From: an uncultured Clostridia bacterium
Lineage (GTDB): Bacteria > Bacillota > Clostridia > TANB77 > CAG-508
DNA: 64,000 nucleotides
Direction: 5' to 3'
Assembly: GCA_944390695.1 (NCBI GenBank)
Contig: CALXQP010000020.1
Coordinates: 1,789-65,788, forward strand
The translations under genes and the position numbers were made by a program. Shown here in pieces: positions 48,337 to 57,470 of this stretch; within the stretch, counting starts at the first letter, position 1; each line of letters starts with the position of its first letter. The notes under the pieces were generated by a model. It saw only the letters and a list, made by a program, of their open reading frames with translations. It did no database searches and had not been told where the DNA came from.

Positions 48337-49824
48337 TTATGAATCTTTAATTGATTTTATTCTTTCACTATATTTAGCACTAAATTTACTTTGTTTTGTA
48401 CCCTTTTTCTTATCATTAGGATCAATTCCTTTTTTCTTTGCCTTTTTCTCTACTTTCTTTTTTTCTTTTTTTAATTTATTAATTCTTTTATCTGATTCTA
48501 ATTTAGTATGTAACATTAAATATTCAGGATCACTTTCTTTATCTTGATATTTTAAGTCATTACATATTAAGGTTATAGCTGATTCTGCAACTAAACCTGC
48601 ATCATGTCTTATTTTGCCATCAACTATTTTTGAAATATTCTTTTTTATAAATTTGATTCTCTTTATTGCTGGATCATCTATTTTTTGTTCTACTAAGTCT
48701 GCACCCTCTCTATTATATCTTTTTATATATTCTGGAATTACCTCTCCTGTATCATATATACAATAATCTATTATTCCCTCTCCACAATGTTCTATAATTG
48801 CTTTTATATGGTCAGCTACTGTATAATCATCAGTTTGACCTGGTTCAGTCATAATATTATTTATATATATTTTAATTGCTTTACTTTCTTTTATAGCTTT
48901 TGCAACACCATTTACTAATAAATTTGGAATTACATTTGTATATAAACTTCCTGGACCTATTATGATGCTATCAGCTTGTTTAATGGCTTCTAACACTCCG
49001 TGTGCAGGTTTACAATTTGACGGTTTTAAAAATACTCTATTTATTTTAGTCATCTTTTCACTAACAACTTCTGGTATTTTGTCTTTTTCTTCTATAACAT
49101 AACCATTTTCCAATTCAGCACAAATTTGCATTTCTTCTGCACTTACTGGTATTACATTTCCTACAATATTAAAAATTGAATTACTTTTTTCAATTGATAA
49201 TGTATCATTACCATTAATTTCTTTCATTGCTGTAAAATATATGTCTGAAAATTTTAAGCCTCTTAATTTGTCATTTATCATTTCATGATTTAATAATTGT
49301 TCCATTTCATTATTATTATCAGCTGAAAGTGATACAATACTATCTTTAACTTCTTCAAATGGCAACGTTGTCCCTAAAGCTCTTCTAGAATTATTTGGTG
49401 TTTTCCCATATTCTGAAACTGCAACTATTGCAGTTATATTATTTGTATATTTTTTCATTCCTGCAAGTACTGTATTTAAACCTGTTCCTCCACCTATTGC
49501 AACAATTTTAGGACCTTTGTCATATATCTTTTTATCAAAAATTAGTGAATTCACATTTACATTTTTCTTATTTTTCATCCTTTCATCTGTTACTTCAATA
49601 AAGAGCTCCATATTCCTTTTGTTTAGAAATATTAAGCCTAATACTATAAAAGTAAATCCTATAACAAATGTTATTATTACTTTTCCTGCATCTATAAACT
49701 GCATTTCTTTTTCTACTAATATTTTTGCTATTCCATAACAAGTTAATACTATACCTAGTAAAATTAAAAATATCCACCTTTTCATTTTTGACCCAGATTT
49801 CAGCCAGTGTAATATTCCTTTCAT
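48337..49824 (-). CDS. YvcK/CofD-family (UPF0052, gluconeogenesis factor-like) protein with N-terminal two-TM extension and Lys-rich C-terminal tail
   Basis: 495 aa. Core VAIGGGTGLNTVLAGMK...IIIGPGSLYTNVIPNLLV...YINNIMTEPGQTDDYTVADH matches YvcK. Extra TM helices at the N-terminus and a KKEKKKVEKKAKKKG tail. Confidence 0.7.
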   Translation of the reverse strand: MKGILHWLKSGSKMKRWIFLILLGIVLTCYGIAKILVEKEMQFIDAGKVIITFVIGFTFIVLGLIFLNKRNMELFIEVTDERMKNKKNVNVNSLIFDKKIYDKGPKIVAIGGGTGLNTVLAGMKKYTNNITAIVAVSEYGKTPNNSRRALGTTLPFEEVKDSIVSLSADNNNEMEQLLNHEMINDKLRGLKFSDIYFTAMKEINGNDTLSIEKSNSIFNIVGNVIPVSAEEMQICAELENGYVIEEKDKIPEVVSEKMTKINRVFLKPSNCKPAHGVLEAIKQADSIIIGPGSLYTNVIPNLLVNGVAKAIKESKAIKIYINNIMTEPGQTDDYTVADHIKAIIEHCGEGIIDYCIYDTGEVIPEYIKRYNREGADLVEQKIDDPAIKRIKFIKKNISKIVDGKIRHDAGLVAESAITLICNDLKYQDKESDPEYLMLHTKLESDKRINKLKKEKKKVEKKAKKKGIDPNDKKKGTKQSKFSAKYSERIKSIKDS

Positions 49825-49837
49825 TATTTATTCCTCC

Positions 49838-50731
49838 TTAAATTATTTGAATTTCTTCTTCTATTATCTTGCCAAATTTATTATATACCTCTTTTTTAGT
49901 ATATTCAATTAATTTTTTTACATCTTCTGAAGTAGCATTATCTTTATTAATAATAAAACCTGCATGTTTTTCAGAAATTTGAGCACCACCAATTTGGTAA
50001 CCTTTTAAACCACATTCATCAATAAGTTTTGCAGTTATAAAATCTGTTCCTCTTTTAAATGTACTTCCTGCACTTGGATATTCAATTGGTTGTTTTTCTT
50101 TTCTATATTCTGCATATTCTTCCATCTTGTTTTTTATTTTATCCATATTGCCTTTTTCTAACTGGATTTCTACATTTGTTATAATATAATCATTATATGA
50201 AAAGATGCTATTTCTATATTCAAACTTTGCTTGTTCATTTGTTATTTTATGAATTTCACCATCTCTATCTATATATTCTATTGACTGCACAACATCTTTC
50301 ATTTCTTTCCCATGTGCACCTGCATTCATTCTTATTGCTCCACCAATTGTTCCAGGAATTCCTGATGCAAATTCAAATCCTGCAATTCCTCGCTTTAAAC
50401 ATTTTTGTGCTAATAAGCCAAGTTTTACTCCACTTCCTACATTTACTCTCGCATTTTCAGTATCTATCTCTAAAGTATTTATTTCAATTTTTGCCACAAT
50501 TCCTTTAATTCCTTCATCTGAAACAAGTAAATTGCTCCCATTACCTATAACAGTTAATTTTATATTTTTTTCTTTCGCAAATTTTAATATATTTTTCAAT
50601 TCCTTAATTGTTTGTACTTTTATTAAATATTCTGCTGGTCCACCTATTTTAAATGATGTATATTTGCTCATAGGCTCATTTATATAAATTTTTTCCTTTG
50701 AAATTATTTGTCCAATTTCACTTATATTCAA
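49838..50731 (-). CDS. murB: UDP-N-acetylenolpyruvoylglucosamine reductase
   Basis: 297 aa. FAD-binding FKIGGPAEYL...VIGNGSNLLV and a C-terminal MurB domain. Confidence 0.95.
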   Translation of the reverse strand: MNISEIGQIISKEKIYINEPMSKYTSFKIGGPAEYLIKVQTIKELKNILKFAKEKNIKLTVIGNGSNLLVSDEGIKGIVAKIEINTLEIDTENARVNVGSGVKLGLLAQKCLKRGIAGFEFASGIPGTIGGAIRMNAGAHGKEMKDVVQSIEYIDRDGEIHKITNEQAKFEYRNSIFSYNDYIITNVEIQLEKGNMDKIKNKMEEYAEYRKEKQPIEYPSAGSTFKRGTDFITAKLIDECGLKGYQIGGAQISEKHAGFIINKDNATSEDVKKLIEYTKKEVYNKFGKIIEEEIQII

Positions 50732-50908
50732 ATATTTCCCTCCTTTATTTATATATTTTATAATAAAAGATTGTATTTTGCTATTATATTAGTTAGATAT
50801 TATCATTTTTTTCCTAAATTTACAAGAATTTTTGATAAATCTATTTGAATTTTATAAATTTTATAGTATAATATATAATGTATAATGTAAATCAAAGGAG
50901 GATTTATT

Positions 50909-51358
50909 ATGTGGCAAATATGGTTAATCATTTCAGGAGTATTTCTAATCCTAGAAATTTTTACAATAGGATTTTTAGCTTTTTGGTTAAGCATAGGTAG
51001 TTTATTGGCAATGGTCATAAGTTTTATAACAGATAGTTTAATTGTTCAAACAACAGTTTTTGTAATTTCATCAGCAATACTAATTTTTGCAACAAAACCA
51101 TTTATAAATAAATTTACTAATAAAGATACTAAACTAACAAATGTATATTCAATAGTAGGTAAAAAAGCAATTGTTATTGAAGATATTGATTGGGCAACAG
51201 GAAAAGGATTAGTTAAATCTGATGGAGAAGTCTGGTCTGCCAAAACAGATGAACAAATTAATATTCCAAAAGGTACTGAAGTTGAAATAGAAAGTATAGA
51301 TGGTGTTAAAGTTTCTGTAAAACCTATTGAAAATGAACAAACTATAACACAACATTAA
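50909..51358 (+). CDS. NfeD-family membrane protein (partner of the SPFH protein)
   Basis: 149 aa. N-terminal TM helices and a C-terminal OB-fold-like segment GKKAIVIEDIDWATGKGLVKSDGEVWSAKT. Confidence 0.75.
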   Translation: MWQIWLIISGVFLILEIFTIGFLAFWLSIGSLLAMVISFITDSLIVQTTVFVISSAILIFATKPFINKFTNKDTKLTNVYSIVGKKAIVIEDIDWATGKGLVKSDGEVWSAKTDEQINIPKGTEVEIESIDGVKVSVKPIENEQTITQH

Positions 51359-51421
51359 AATAAAATTAGTTATTAATATTAAAAATATAAAAGCAAGAAA
51401 ACTTGCAAAAAGGAGGAAAAA

Positions 51422-52321
51422 ATGACATTTTTAATTATATTACTTGTTATTATAATAATCATAGCAGTAAAATCAATCAAAGTAGTTAGACAATCTGAAG
51501 TATATATCATAGAAAGGTTAGGAAAATTTCATAAAATAGCTGATGCTGGTCTTACAATAATAATACCATTTTTCGACCATGTTAGAAGTGTTGTAAGTTT
51601 AAAACAACAAACTATGGATATACCACCACAAGGAGTTATCACTAAAGATAATGTTACAATCACAATTGACACAGTTGTATTTTATCAAATAACAGATCCT
51701 GCAAAAGCAGTTTATGAAATTCAAAATTTAAAAAAAGGTATTGAATATCTTGCAATCACAACAATTCGTGATATTGTAGGTAAAATGGATTTAGATGCAA
51801 CATTCAGTTCTCGTGATGGAATAAACTCTCAATTAAGAGTTATACTTGATGAAGCAACAGACAGATGGGGATGTAAAATAGACAGAGTTGAAATAAAAGA
51901 TATTACACCACCTGCCGATATTAGAGATGCAATGGAAAAGCAAATGAATGCAGAAAGAAATAAAAGAGCTTTAATACTTGAGGCTGAAGCACAAAAGCAA
52001 TCTGCCGTTACAATTGCTGAAGGTAAAAAGCAGGCTGCCATATTAGAAGCTGAAGCTGATAGAGAAGCTAGAATTCGTAGAGCTGCCGGTGAGGCACAAG
52101 CAATAAAATCTGTAGCAGAAGCTAAGGCAAAAGAAATCGCAATGGTTTATGATGCAATTAAAACTGCTGATCCAGATGAAAAACTTGTTCAAATTAAGTC
52201 TCTTGAAGCTCTTGAAGAAATTGCTAAAGGTGATGCTAACAAAGTATTTATTCCATTTGAAGCAACTGGTGCTTTAAGCAGTTTAGGTGCTGCAAAAGAA
52301 ATTTTTACAGAGAAAAAATAA
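51422..52321 (+). CDS. SPFH/band-7 (stomatin/QmcA-like) protein
   Basis: 299 aa. N-terminal TM, SPFH core (TKDNVTITIDTVVFYQITDPAKAVYEI), A/E-rich coiled-coil C-terminus. Confidence 0.9.
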   Translation: MTFLIILLVIIIIIAVKSIKVVRQSEVYIIERLGKFHKIADAGLTIIIPFFDHVRSVVSLKQQTMDIPPQGVITKDNVTITIDTVVFYQITDPAKAVYEIQNLKKGIEYLAITTIRDIVGKMDLDATFSSRDGINSQLRVILDEATDRWGCKIDRVEIKDITPPADIRDAMEKQMNAERNKRALILEAEAQKQSAVTIAEGKKQAAILEAEADREARIRRAAGEAQAIKSVAEAKAKEIAMVYDAIKTADPDEKLVQIKSLEALEEIAKGDANKVFIPFEATGALSSLGAAKEIFTEKK

Positions 52322-52330
52322 TAACAAAAT

Positions 52331-52382
52331 AGTACCGATTACTCCATCTACTCTATTAAAGAGCTTGAGATTAATCGGTACA
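52331..52382. terminator. Possible bidirectional terminator (10-bp stem GTACCGATTA/TAATCGGTAC, long loop)
   Basis: Inverted repeat between the convergent SPFH (+) and CDF (-) genes. The loop is unusually long. Confidence 0.3.
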
Positions 52383-52386
52383 TTAT

Positions 52387-53259
52387 TTATTTTGATTCAA
52401 AAAATGGCTCAACATGAACTATAGCTTTATAAATCTTATCTAATGCTGCAATATTTTTTTCAAGGCTATCTGCAAGTTTATGACTTTCAAAAGTAGTCAT
52501 ATTGCCATCAACTGCAATAGTTAAAAAAATCATATATTGATAACCTACAGGAGAAGAAGATAAACCTTCTACCTTTTTTATCTCTTTATATCCATTAACT
52601 AAATCTAAAATAATATCTTTAGTATTTTCATCAACAGAAACATCCATTAAAATATTAAAACTTTCCATAAAAATGCCTACACCTGTTTTACATATCCAAG
52701 CAGAAATTCCAATACCAACAATACTATCAAACCAATTTATTCCTTTTAAAGATAGCAAGATTGATATTAATGTAAAACTTGTTATAATACAGTCATTTCT
52801 ATGATCTTCCATACTAGCTTCTAATAAAATATTATTATATTTTTTTAGCATTAACCTTGTATATATAAATAAAGATAATTTTGTAATAATTGTTACTATA
52901 CAAACAGCTACTAACCACCATGAAAATATCATTTCATTTCCTACAAATAATGTTATTATTGAATCTATTGCTGTTTTTATTGAAACTAAAATCATTGAAA
53001 TAGCTATAAATAATGAAAATATATATTCAGCTTTTCCATGTCCAAAATTATGATCTTCATCTCGAGGTGCACTTGCAATCTTATTTCCTATAAATGTCAT
53101 TAATGATGCAAAAATATCACTTGCACTATTTATACTATCTGCAATCATAGATTGACTCTTACTTGCAAAACCTACAAATCCTTTTATAACTAGTAGAAAT
53201 ATATTTCCTATTATTCCAAAAGTCCCTACTTTTTTTGTAACTTTAAATCTATCTTCCAT
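52387..53259 (-). CDS. Cation diffusion facilitator family transporter
   Basis: 290 aa. Six TMs with the CDF signature ADSINSASDI...HNFGHGKAE, and a C-terminal cytoplasmic domain. Confidence 0.85.
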   Translation of the reverse strand: MEDRFKVTKKVGTFGIIGNIFLLVIKGFVGFASKSQSMIADSINSASDIFASLMTFIGNKIASAPRDEDHNFGHGKAEYIFSLFIAISMILVSIKTAIDSIITLFVGNEMIFSWWLVAVCIVTIITKLSLFIYTRLMLKKYNNILLEASMEDHRNDCIITSFTLISILLSLKGINWFDSIVGIGISAWICKTGVGIFMESFNILMDVSVDENTKDIILDLVNGYKEIKKVEGLSSSPVGYQYMIFLTIAVDGNMTTFESHKLADSLEKNIAALDKIYKAIVHVEPFFESK

Positions 53260-53595
53260 AATCTTCCCCTTTAAATTATAATTTATTTTTTCATTTGTTA
53301 ATATATTTTTTATTTATTATAATAATTCTTTCAATTATAGTTCCATTTTTATTTTTTTTCAAGTAGTTTTATAAAAATTATACTGACATTCTAAAAAACT
53401 TGCCAGTTTAGTTAAAAAGTAATATTAGTTTGAAGTAAAAACTATAATTTACTTTGCGATTTCACGAAATTAAATTTAAGAATTTGTTACATGGAAAAAT
53501 TTGCATTAGTTTCAAATTTATGTTATAATAAATGAAGCATTAATAAAATTTATATTTTATGTAGCAAAAAAATTGCCAAAAGAGGTGTAAAATAA

Positions 53596-53931
53596 ATGGC
53601 ACTATTAATAGTAATATATATATTAATATTTATAATATTTGCATTATGTGCTTATGCTGTAATGCAAATAAAATTAGCAGGAATCAATGTAAAAGACTTT
53701 TGGAGCTTTATCGAAGCAAACCAAATATTAGATAAATTATACGAATTTTCAAAAAAATACGAAAAACTAACTCCACAACAGCAAGTTGTATATTTATTAG
53801 AAGCCGAAAAAGTTTTTACTGCATTTGATAAAATACCAAATATAGTTTGGGAAGATGAATTCAAAAAATATGATGAAGTACTAAAGAAATATAAAGAAAT
53901 AAAAATAGATAGATGGGTATCAAATCAATAA
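53596..53931 (+). CDS. Hypothetical small membrane protein
   Basis: 111 aa, SD AAAGAGGTG. N-terminal TM and a helical charged C-terminus. Confidence 0.4.
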   Translation: MALLIVIYILIFIIFALCAYAVMQIKLAGINVKDFWSFIEANQILDKLYEFSKKYEKLTPQQQVVYLLEAEKVFTAFDKIPNIVWEDEFKKYDEVLKKYKEIKIDRWVSNQ

Positions 53932-53968
53932 CTTGGAAATCCAAAATTTCCAAGTTATATTTTTAATA
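53930..53968. terminator. Bidirectional terminator between the 53596 gene and clpC
   Basis: Stem ACTTGGAAA / TTTCCAAGT with T-tract TATATTTTTAAT. Overlaps the clpC stop. Confidence 0.55.
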
Positions 53969-56384
53969 TCCATTTTTCATTTTTGCGTAAATTTCCTTCT
54001 AGAATTTCCTCAGAAATTCTATCTTCTACGAGGTTTTGAATAGTTCTTCTTAAAGGTCTTGCCCCAAAATTCTTATCAAATCCTTTACTTAATATAACAT
54101 CAGTTACACTTTTATCAATTTCCACAATATATTTTTGTTCTTTTAATCTTTCTTCAACCTGTTTAAGCATAATTTGAACAATATCTTTAAGATTTTGTTC
54201 ATTTAATTTATGAAATACAATAATTTCATCAATTCTATTTACAAACTCTGGCCTTAACTCTTTTTTCAGCTCTTTTATTACTTCTTTTTTCGTTTCTTCA
54301 TATTCATTTAACTCCTGTTTCTCAAGATTCAAATTTCCTCCAAAACCTAATGATTTTTTTTCAGTAATATATCTTGCACCAAGATTAGAAGTCATAATAA
54401 TTATTGTATTTTTAAAATTAACTTCTCTTCCTTGTGAATCTGTTAATCTTCCATCTTCTAATATCTGGAGCAATAAATTCATGACATCAGGATGTGCTTT
54501 TTCTATTTCATCAAATAACACTACAGAATATGGTTTTCTCCTTATTTTTTCTGTTAGCTGACCACCATTATCAAAACCAATATAACCAGGTGGTGAACCA
54601 ATTAATTTTGACACAGAATGTGCTTCCATATATTCAGACATGTCTAATCTAATTAAAGAATTTTCATTTTCAAATAATGTTTCTGCAATCGCTTTTGAAA
54701 GTTCAGTTTTACCAACACCTGTTGGGCCTAAAAACAGAAATGAACCTATAGGTCTTTTAGGATCTTTTAATCCTACTCTACCTCTTCTAATAGCTTTTGC
54801 AACTGCTTTTACAGCTTCATCTTGTCCTATTACCCTTTCATGCAACTTTTGTTCTAAATGTTGTAACCTTTCATTCTCATCTTCTGTTATTTTTTGAACA
54901 GGTACTCCTGTCCATTTTGATATTATTTCTGCAATACTTTCTTCAGTTATTTCTGTTATATCTCTATTTTTTCTATTTTTCCACATTTTTTGTTCATTTT
55001 CAAAATCTATTTTTAATTCTTGTTCTTTATCTCTTAATAACGCTGCTTTTTCAAACTCTTGATTATATATAGCTTCTTCCTTTTCTTTAGTTACTATATC
55101 TATTTTATCTTCTAAAGCTTTTATTTCATTTGGTTCTGTGAAAATATTAATTCTGACCCCTGAAGCTGCCTCATCAATTAAATCTATAGCTTTATCAGGC
55201 AAAAATCTATCTGTTATATATCTTACAGATAATGTAACTGCTGCATTTATGGCTTCATCTGTAATTTTTACATTATGATGTGCCTCATATTTATCTCTAA
55301 TTCCCTTTATAATTTCAATTGTCTCATTTTCTGTTGGTTCTTTAACATCTACTATACTAAATCTTCTTTCTAATGCTGAATCTTTTTCTATATATTTTCT
55401 ATATTCTTCTATTGTTGTAGCTCCAATTAATTGAATTTCTCCTCTTGCTAATAAAGGTTTTAAAATATTGGCTGCATCAATTGCTCCTTCTGCAGCTCCA
55501 GCCCCAACTATTGTATGTATTTCATCAATAAATAATATCACATCACCTACTTTTTTTACTTCATTTAATGCTTTTTTTATTCTTTCTTCAAAATCTCCTC
55601 TATATTTAGCTCCAGCTACCATTCCTGATATATCTACACTTACAATTCTTTTTTCCTTTAAACTTTCAGGTACTTCTCCAATTATTATTTTTTCAGCTAA
55701 CCCTTCTATTATAGCTGTTTTTCCTACACCTGGTTCACCTATTAAACACGGATTATTCTTGGTTCTTCTTGATAATATTTGAATTATTCTTTCAATTTCT
55801 TTTTCTCTTCCAATTATATTATCAAATTTTCCCTCTTCTGCTTGTAAAGTTATATCTTCTCCAAATTGATTCAATGTTGTAGTCGCAGAATAACTTCCTC
55901 TATTTCTTGGTATCTCTTTTCCTATATCTTTATCCATTTCTTCTTCATTTATCACTTTTGCTATTTCATTATAAATTTTATAAATTTCAACATTTAAATC
56001 AACTATTATTCGTGTTGCAACGCAATCTTCTTCTTTCATTATTGCTAATAACAAATGTTCTGTTCCTATAAAATTATATCCTATTCTTTTAGCTTCTAAA
56101 TATGCATTTTCTAATACTTTTTTAGTTCTTGGTGTAAAGCCTAAAGTTTCTTTCACCTCTTGTCCTCTCCCTAATAATTCTTCTATTTTGGTCTTAATTT
56201 TTTCTTCTGTTATCCCCTTATTATTTAAAACTTTTGCTGCTATTCCTTCTCCTTCTTTTGCTAACCCATATAAAATATGTTCTGTTCCAATATAATTATG
56301 TCCTAATTCTATAGATATATCACTTGCTACTTCAATCACTTTTTTTGCTTTATTTGTAAACTTATATATCATATTAAATTCCAT
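53955..56384 (-). CDS. clpC: ATP-dependent Clp protease ATP-binding subunit ClpC
   Basis: 809 aa. Two N-terminal Clp-R repeats, the UVR/linker region, and two AAA+ modules (GEPGVGKT, GPTGVGKT). Confidence 0.95.
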   Translation of the reverse strand: MEFNMIYKFTNKAKKVIEVASDISIELGHNYIGTEHILYGLAKEGEGIAAKVLNNKGITEEKIKTKIEELLGRGQEVKETLGFTPRTKKVLENAYLEAKRIGYNFIGTEHLLLAIMKEEDCVATRIIVDLNVEIYKIYNEIAKVINEEEMDKDIGKEIPRNRGSYSATTTLNQFGEDITLQAEEGKFDNIIGREKEIERIIQILSRRTKNNPCLIGEPGVGKTAIIEGLAEKIIIGEVPESLKEKRIVSVDISGMVAGAKYRGDFEERIKKALNEVKKVGDVILFIDEIHTIVGAGAAEGAIDAANILKPLLARGEIQLIGATTIEEYRKYIEKDSALERRFSIVDVKEPTENETIEIIKGIRDKYEAHHNVKITDEAINAAVTLSVRYITDRFLPDKAIDLIDEAASGVRINIFTEPNEIKALEDKIDIVTKEKEEAIYNQEFEKAALLRDKEQELKIDFENEQKMWKNRKNRDITEITEESIAEIISKWTGVPVQKITEDENERLQHLEQKLHERVIGQDEAVKAVAKAIRRGRVGLKDPKRPIGSFLFLGPTGVGKTELSKAIAETLFENENSLIRLDMSEYMEAHSVSKLIGSPPGYIGFDNGGQLTEKIRRKPYSVVLFDEIEKAHPDVMNLLLQILEDGRLTDSQGREVNFKNTIIIMTSNLGARYITEKKSLGFGGNLNLEKQELNEYEETKKEVIKELKKELRPEFVNRIDEIIVFHKLNEQNLKDIVQIMLKQVEERLKEQKYIVEIDKSVTDVILSKGFDKNFGARPLRRTIQNLVEDRISEEILEGNLRKNEKWILKI

Positions 56385-56447
56385 TCCTTTCTCACTTTAA
56401 TCAAAGACACTCATCGCAACAAAAGCCTTGAGTTAATTTCTTTCAAA
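56385..56447 (-). promoter_or_regulatory. Conserved 5' leader element (copy 3 of 3) upstream of clpC
   Basis: Gene-sense TCAAGGCTTTTGTTGCGATGAGTGTCTTTGATTAAAGTGAGAAAGGAATGGAAT-ATG. Same motif as upstream of recN and the HAD gene. No CtsR heptad direct repeat was recognised. Confidence 0.45.
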
Positions 56448-56624
56448 CTATTTTTCCTCTTTTTTGTCTGGAGTTATTTCTTTTTTAGTCATATCAGCCA
56501 TGTCTTCTGCCTTTTTCTTTTGCTCTGGTAATGGTATCCATGCAAAATATGATGATACAAATTCTCCATATTGTGTAGCATCTTCTCCAACCTCTGGATG
56601 TGTTTGTTTTTGTTTTTTATCCAT
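56448..56624 (-). CDS. Hypothetical small protein (58 aa from MDKKQKQ)
   Basis: SD AAGGTAGGTG about 8 nt upstream of the ATG. Charged, with a W/P-containing middle (YFAWIPLPEQ). Its stop abuts the conserved clpC leader. Confidence 0.35.
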   Translation of the reverse strand: MDKKQKQTHPEVGEDATQYGEFVSSYFAWIPLPEQKKKAEDMADMTKKEITPDKKEEK

Positions 56625-56677
56625 AAAAAGCACCTACCTTTCTTATAAGGTATGTGCTTTTTTTTACTTTTTATTCA

Positions 56678-56752
56678 TTAATCTTTTATTCCGAATAATA
56701 ATTTTACTATTCCCCTTAAACATTTAGGAACTTTTTTTACAACTATAGTCAT
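56678..56752 (-). CDS. Candidate 24-aa cationic amphipathic peptide (MTIVVKKVPKCLRGIVKLLFGIKD)
   Basis: ATG 7 nt downstream of a perfect AAAGGAGG that overlaps the stop of the preceding micro-ORF. The ORF track merges it into a longer, low-complexity frame. Confidence 0.3.
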   Translation of the reverse strand: MTIVVKKVPKCLRGIVKLLFGIKD

Positions 56753-56766
56753 ATGTAGACCTCCTT

Positions 56767-56913
56767 TTAGCAGAGTAACCATAACATTCCTACTAATATT
56801 ACTATTATTCCTATTAATATTAGCCACCAAAGTGCTGGCAAAAACAATACTAGTAGTATTCCTATTCCTAATCCAATTAAACATACTCCAAATGTCTTTT
56901 TTAAGATTTTCAT
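56767..56913 (-). CDS. Candidate 48-aa double-TM micro-protein (MKILKKTFGVCLIGLGIGILLVLFLPALWWLILIGIIVILVGMLWLLC)
   Basis: ATG 7 nt downstream of SD GGAGGA. Strongly hydrophobic, with GxxxG-like GLGIG. In a different frame from the track ORF at 56678-56884. Confidence 0.4.
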   Translation of the reverse strand: MKILKKTFGVCLIGLGIGILLVLFLPALWWLILIGIIVILVGMLWLLC

Positions 56914-57007
56914 TATGATTTCCTCCAATATTTTTATTATATTATATTCTTGGAAGTTAATTATGTGAATATCAAGAATAGCTGTTTTTTTGTAAAATTA
57001 TAAGTAA

Positions 57008-57044
57008 AAAGACAGTTCTTATTTTACAAAGAACTGTCTTAAAT
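57008..57044 (-). terminator. Intrinsic terminator of hup
   Basis: Stem AAGACAGTTCTT / AAGAACTGTCTT followed by TTTTTAC on the minus transcript. Confidence 0.65.
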
Positions 57045-57071
57045 TACATATATTTATATATTTATAATTAA

Positions 57072-57347
57072 TTATCCGTTTACTAAATCTTTTAATGCTT
57101 TTCCAGCTTTGAATACTGGAGCTTTAGATGCAGGTATTTTAATTTCTTCTTTTGTTTGAGGATTTCTACCTTTTCTAGCAGCTCTTTTTCTAACTTCGAA
57201 AGAACCAAATCCAACCAATTGAACTTTGTCTCCTCCTTTTAATGCTTCTGCAATAACTTCTGTGAATGCATTAACAGCTTCCTCTGTTGCTTTTTTTGAT
57301 TCTCCTGTTTTTGCAGCAATAGCTGCTACTAATTCAGCTTTGTTCAT
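57072..57347 (-). CDS. hup: DNA-binding protein HU
   Basis: 91 aa. Canonical HU sequence including [20 protein letters not shown] and the β-arm. Confidence 0.95.
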   Translation of the reverse strand: MNKAELVAAIAAKTGESKKATEEAVNAFTEVIAEALKGGDKVQLVGFGSFEVRKRAARKGRNPQTKEEIKIPASKAPVFKAGKALKDLVNG

Positions 57348-57470
57348 TATACATTACCTCCTATAAAATTTTGTATATTATGTACTTATATCGCTGTTGT
57401 AGCAATATCTGTACTTCTTTTTATCTTATTCTCCAAAATAAAATAAAATCCCCTCTTTTTTCATAAAATT

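Noticed and set aside
56678-56884. The ORF-track 68-aa frame (MFNWIRNRNTT…).
   Set aside because: The N/R/I-rich low-complexity N-terminal two-thirds has no SD. Only its last 24 codons are preceded by a perfect SD. The frame is reinterpreted as a 24-aa peptide. A 48-aa ORF in another frame lies upstream.
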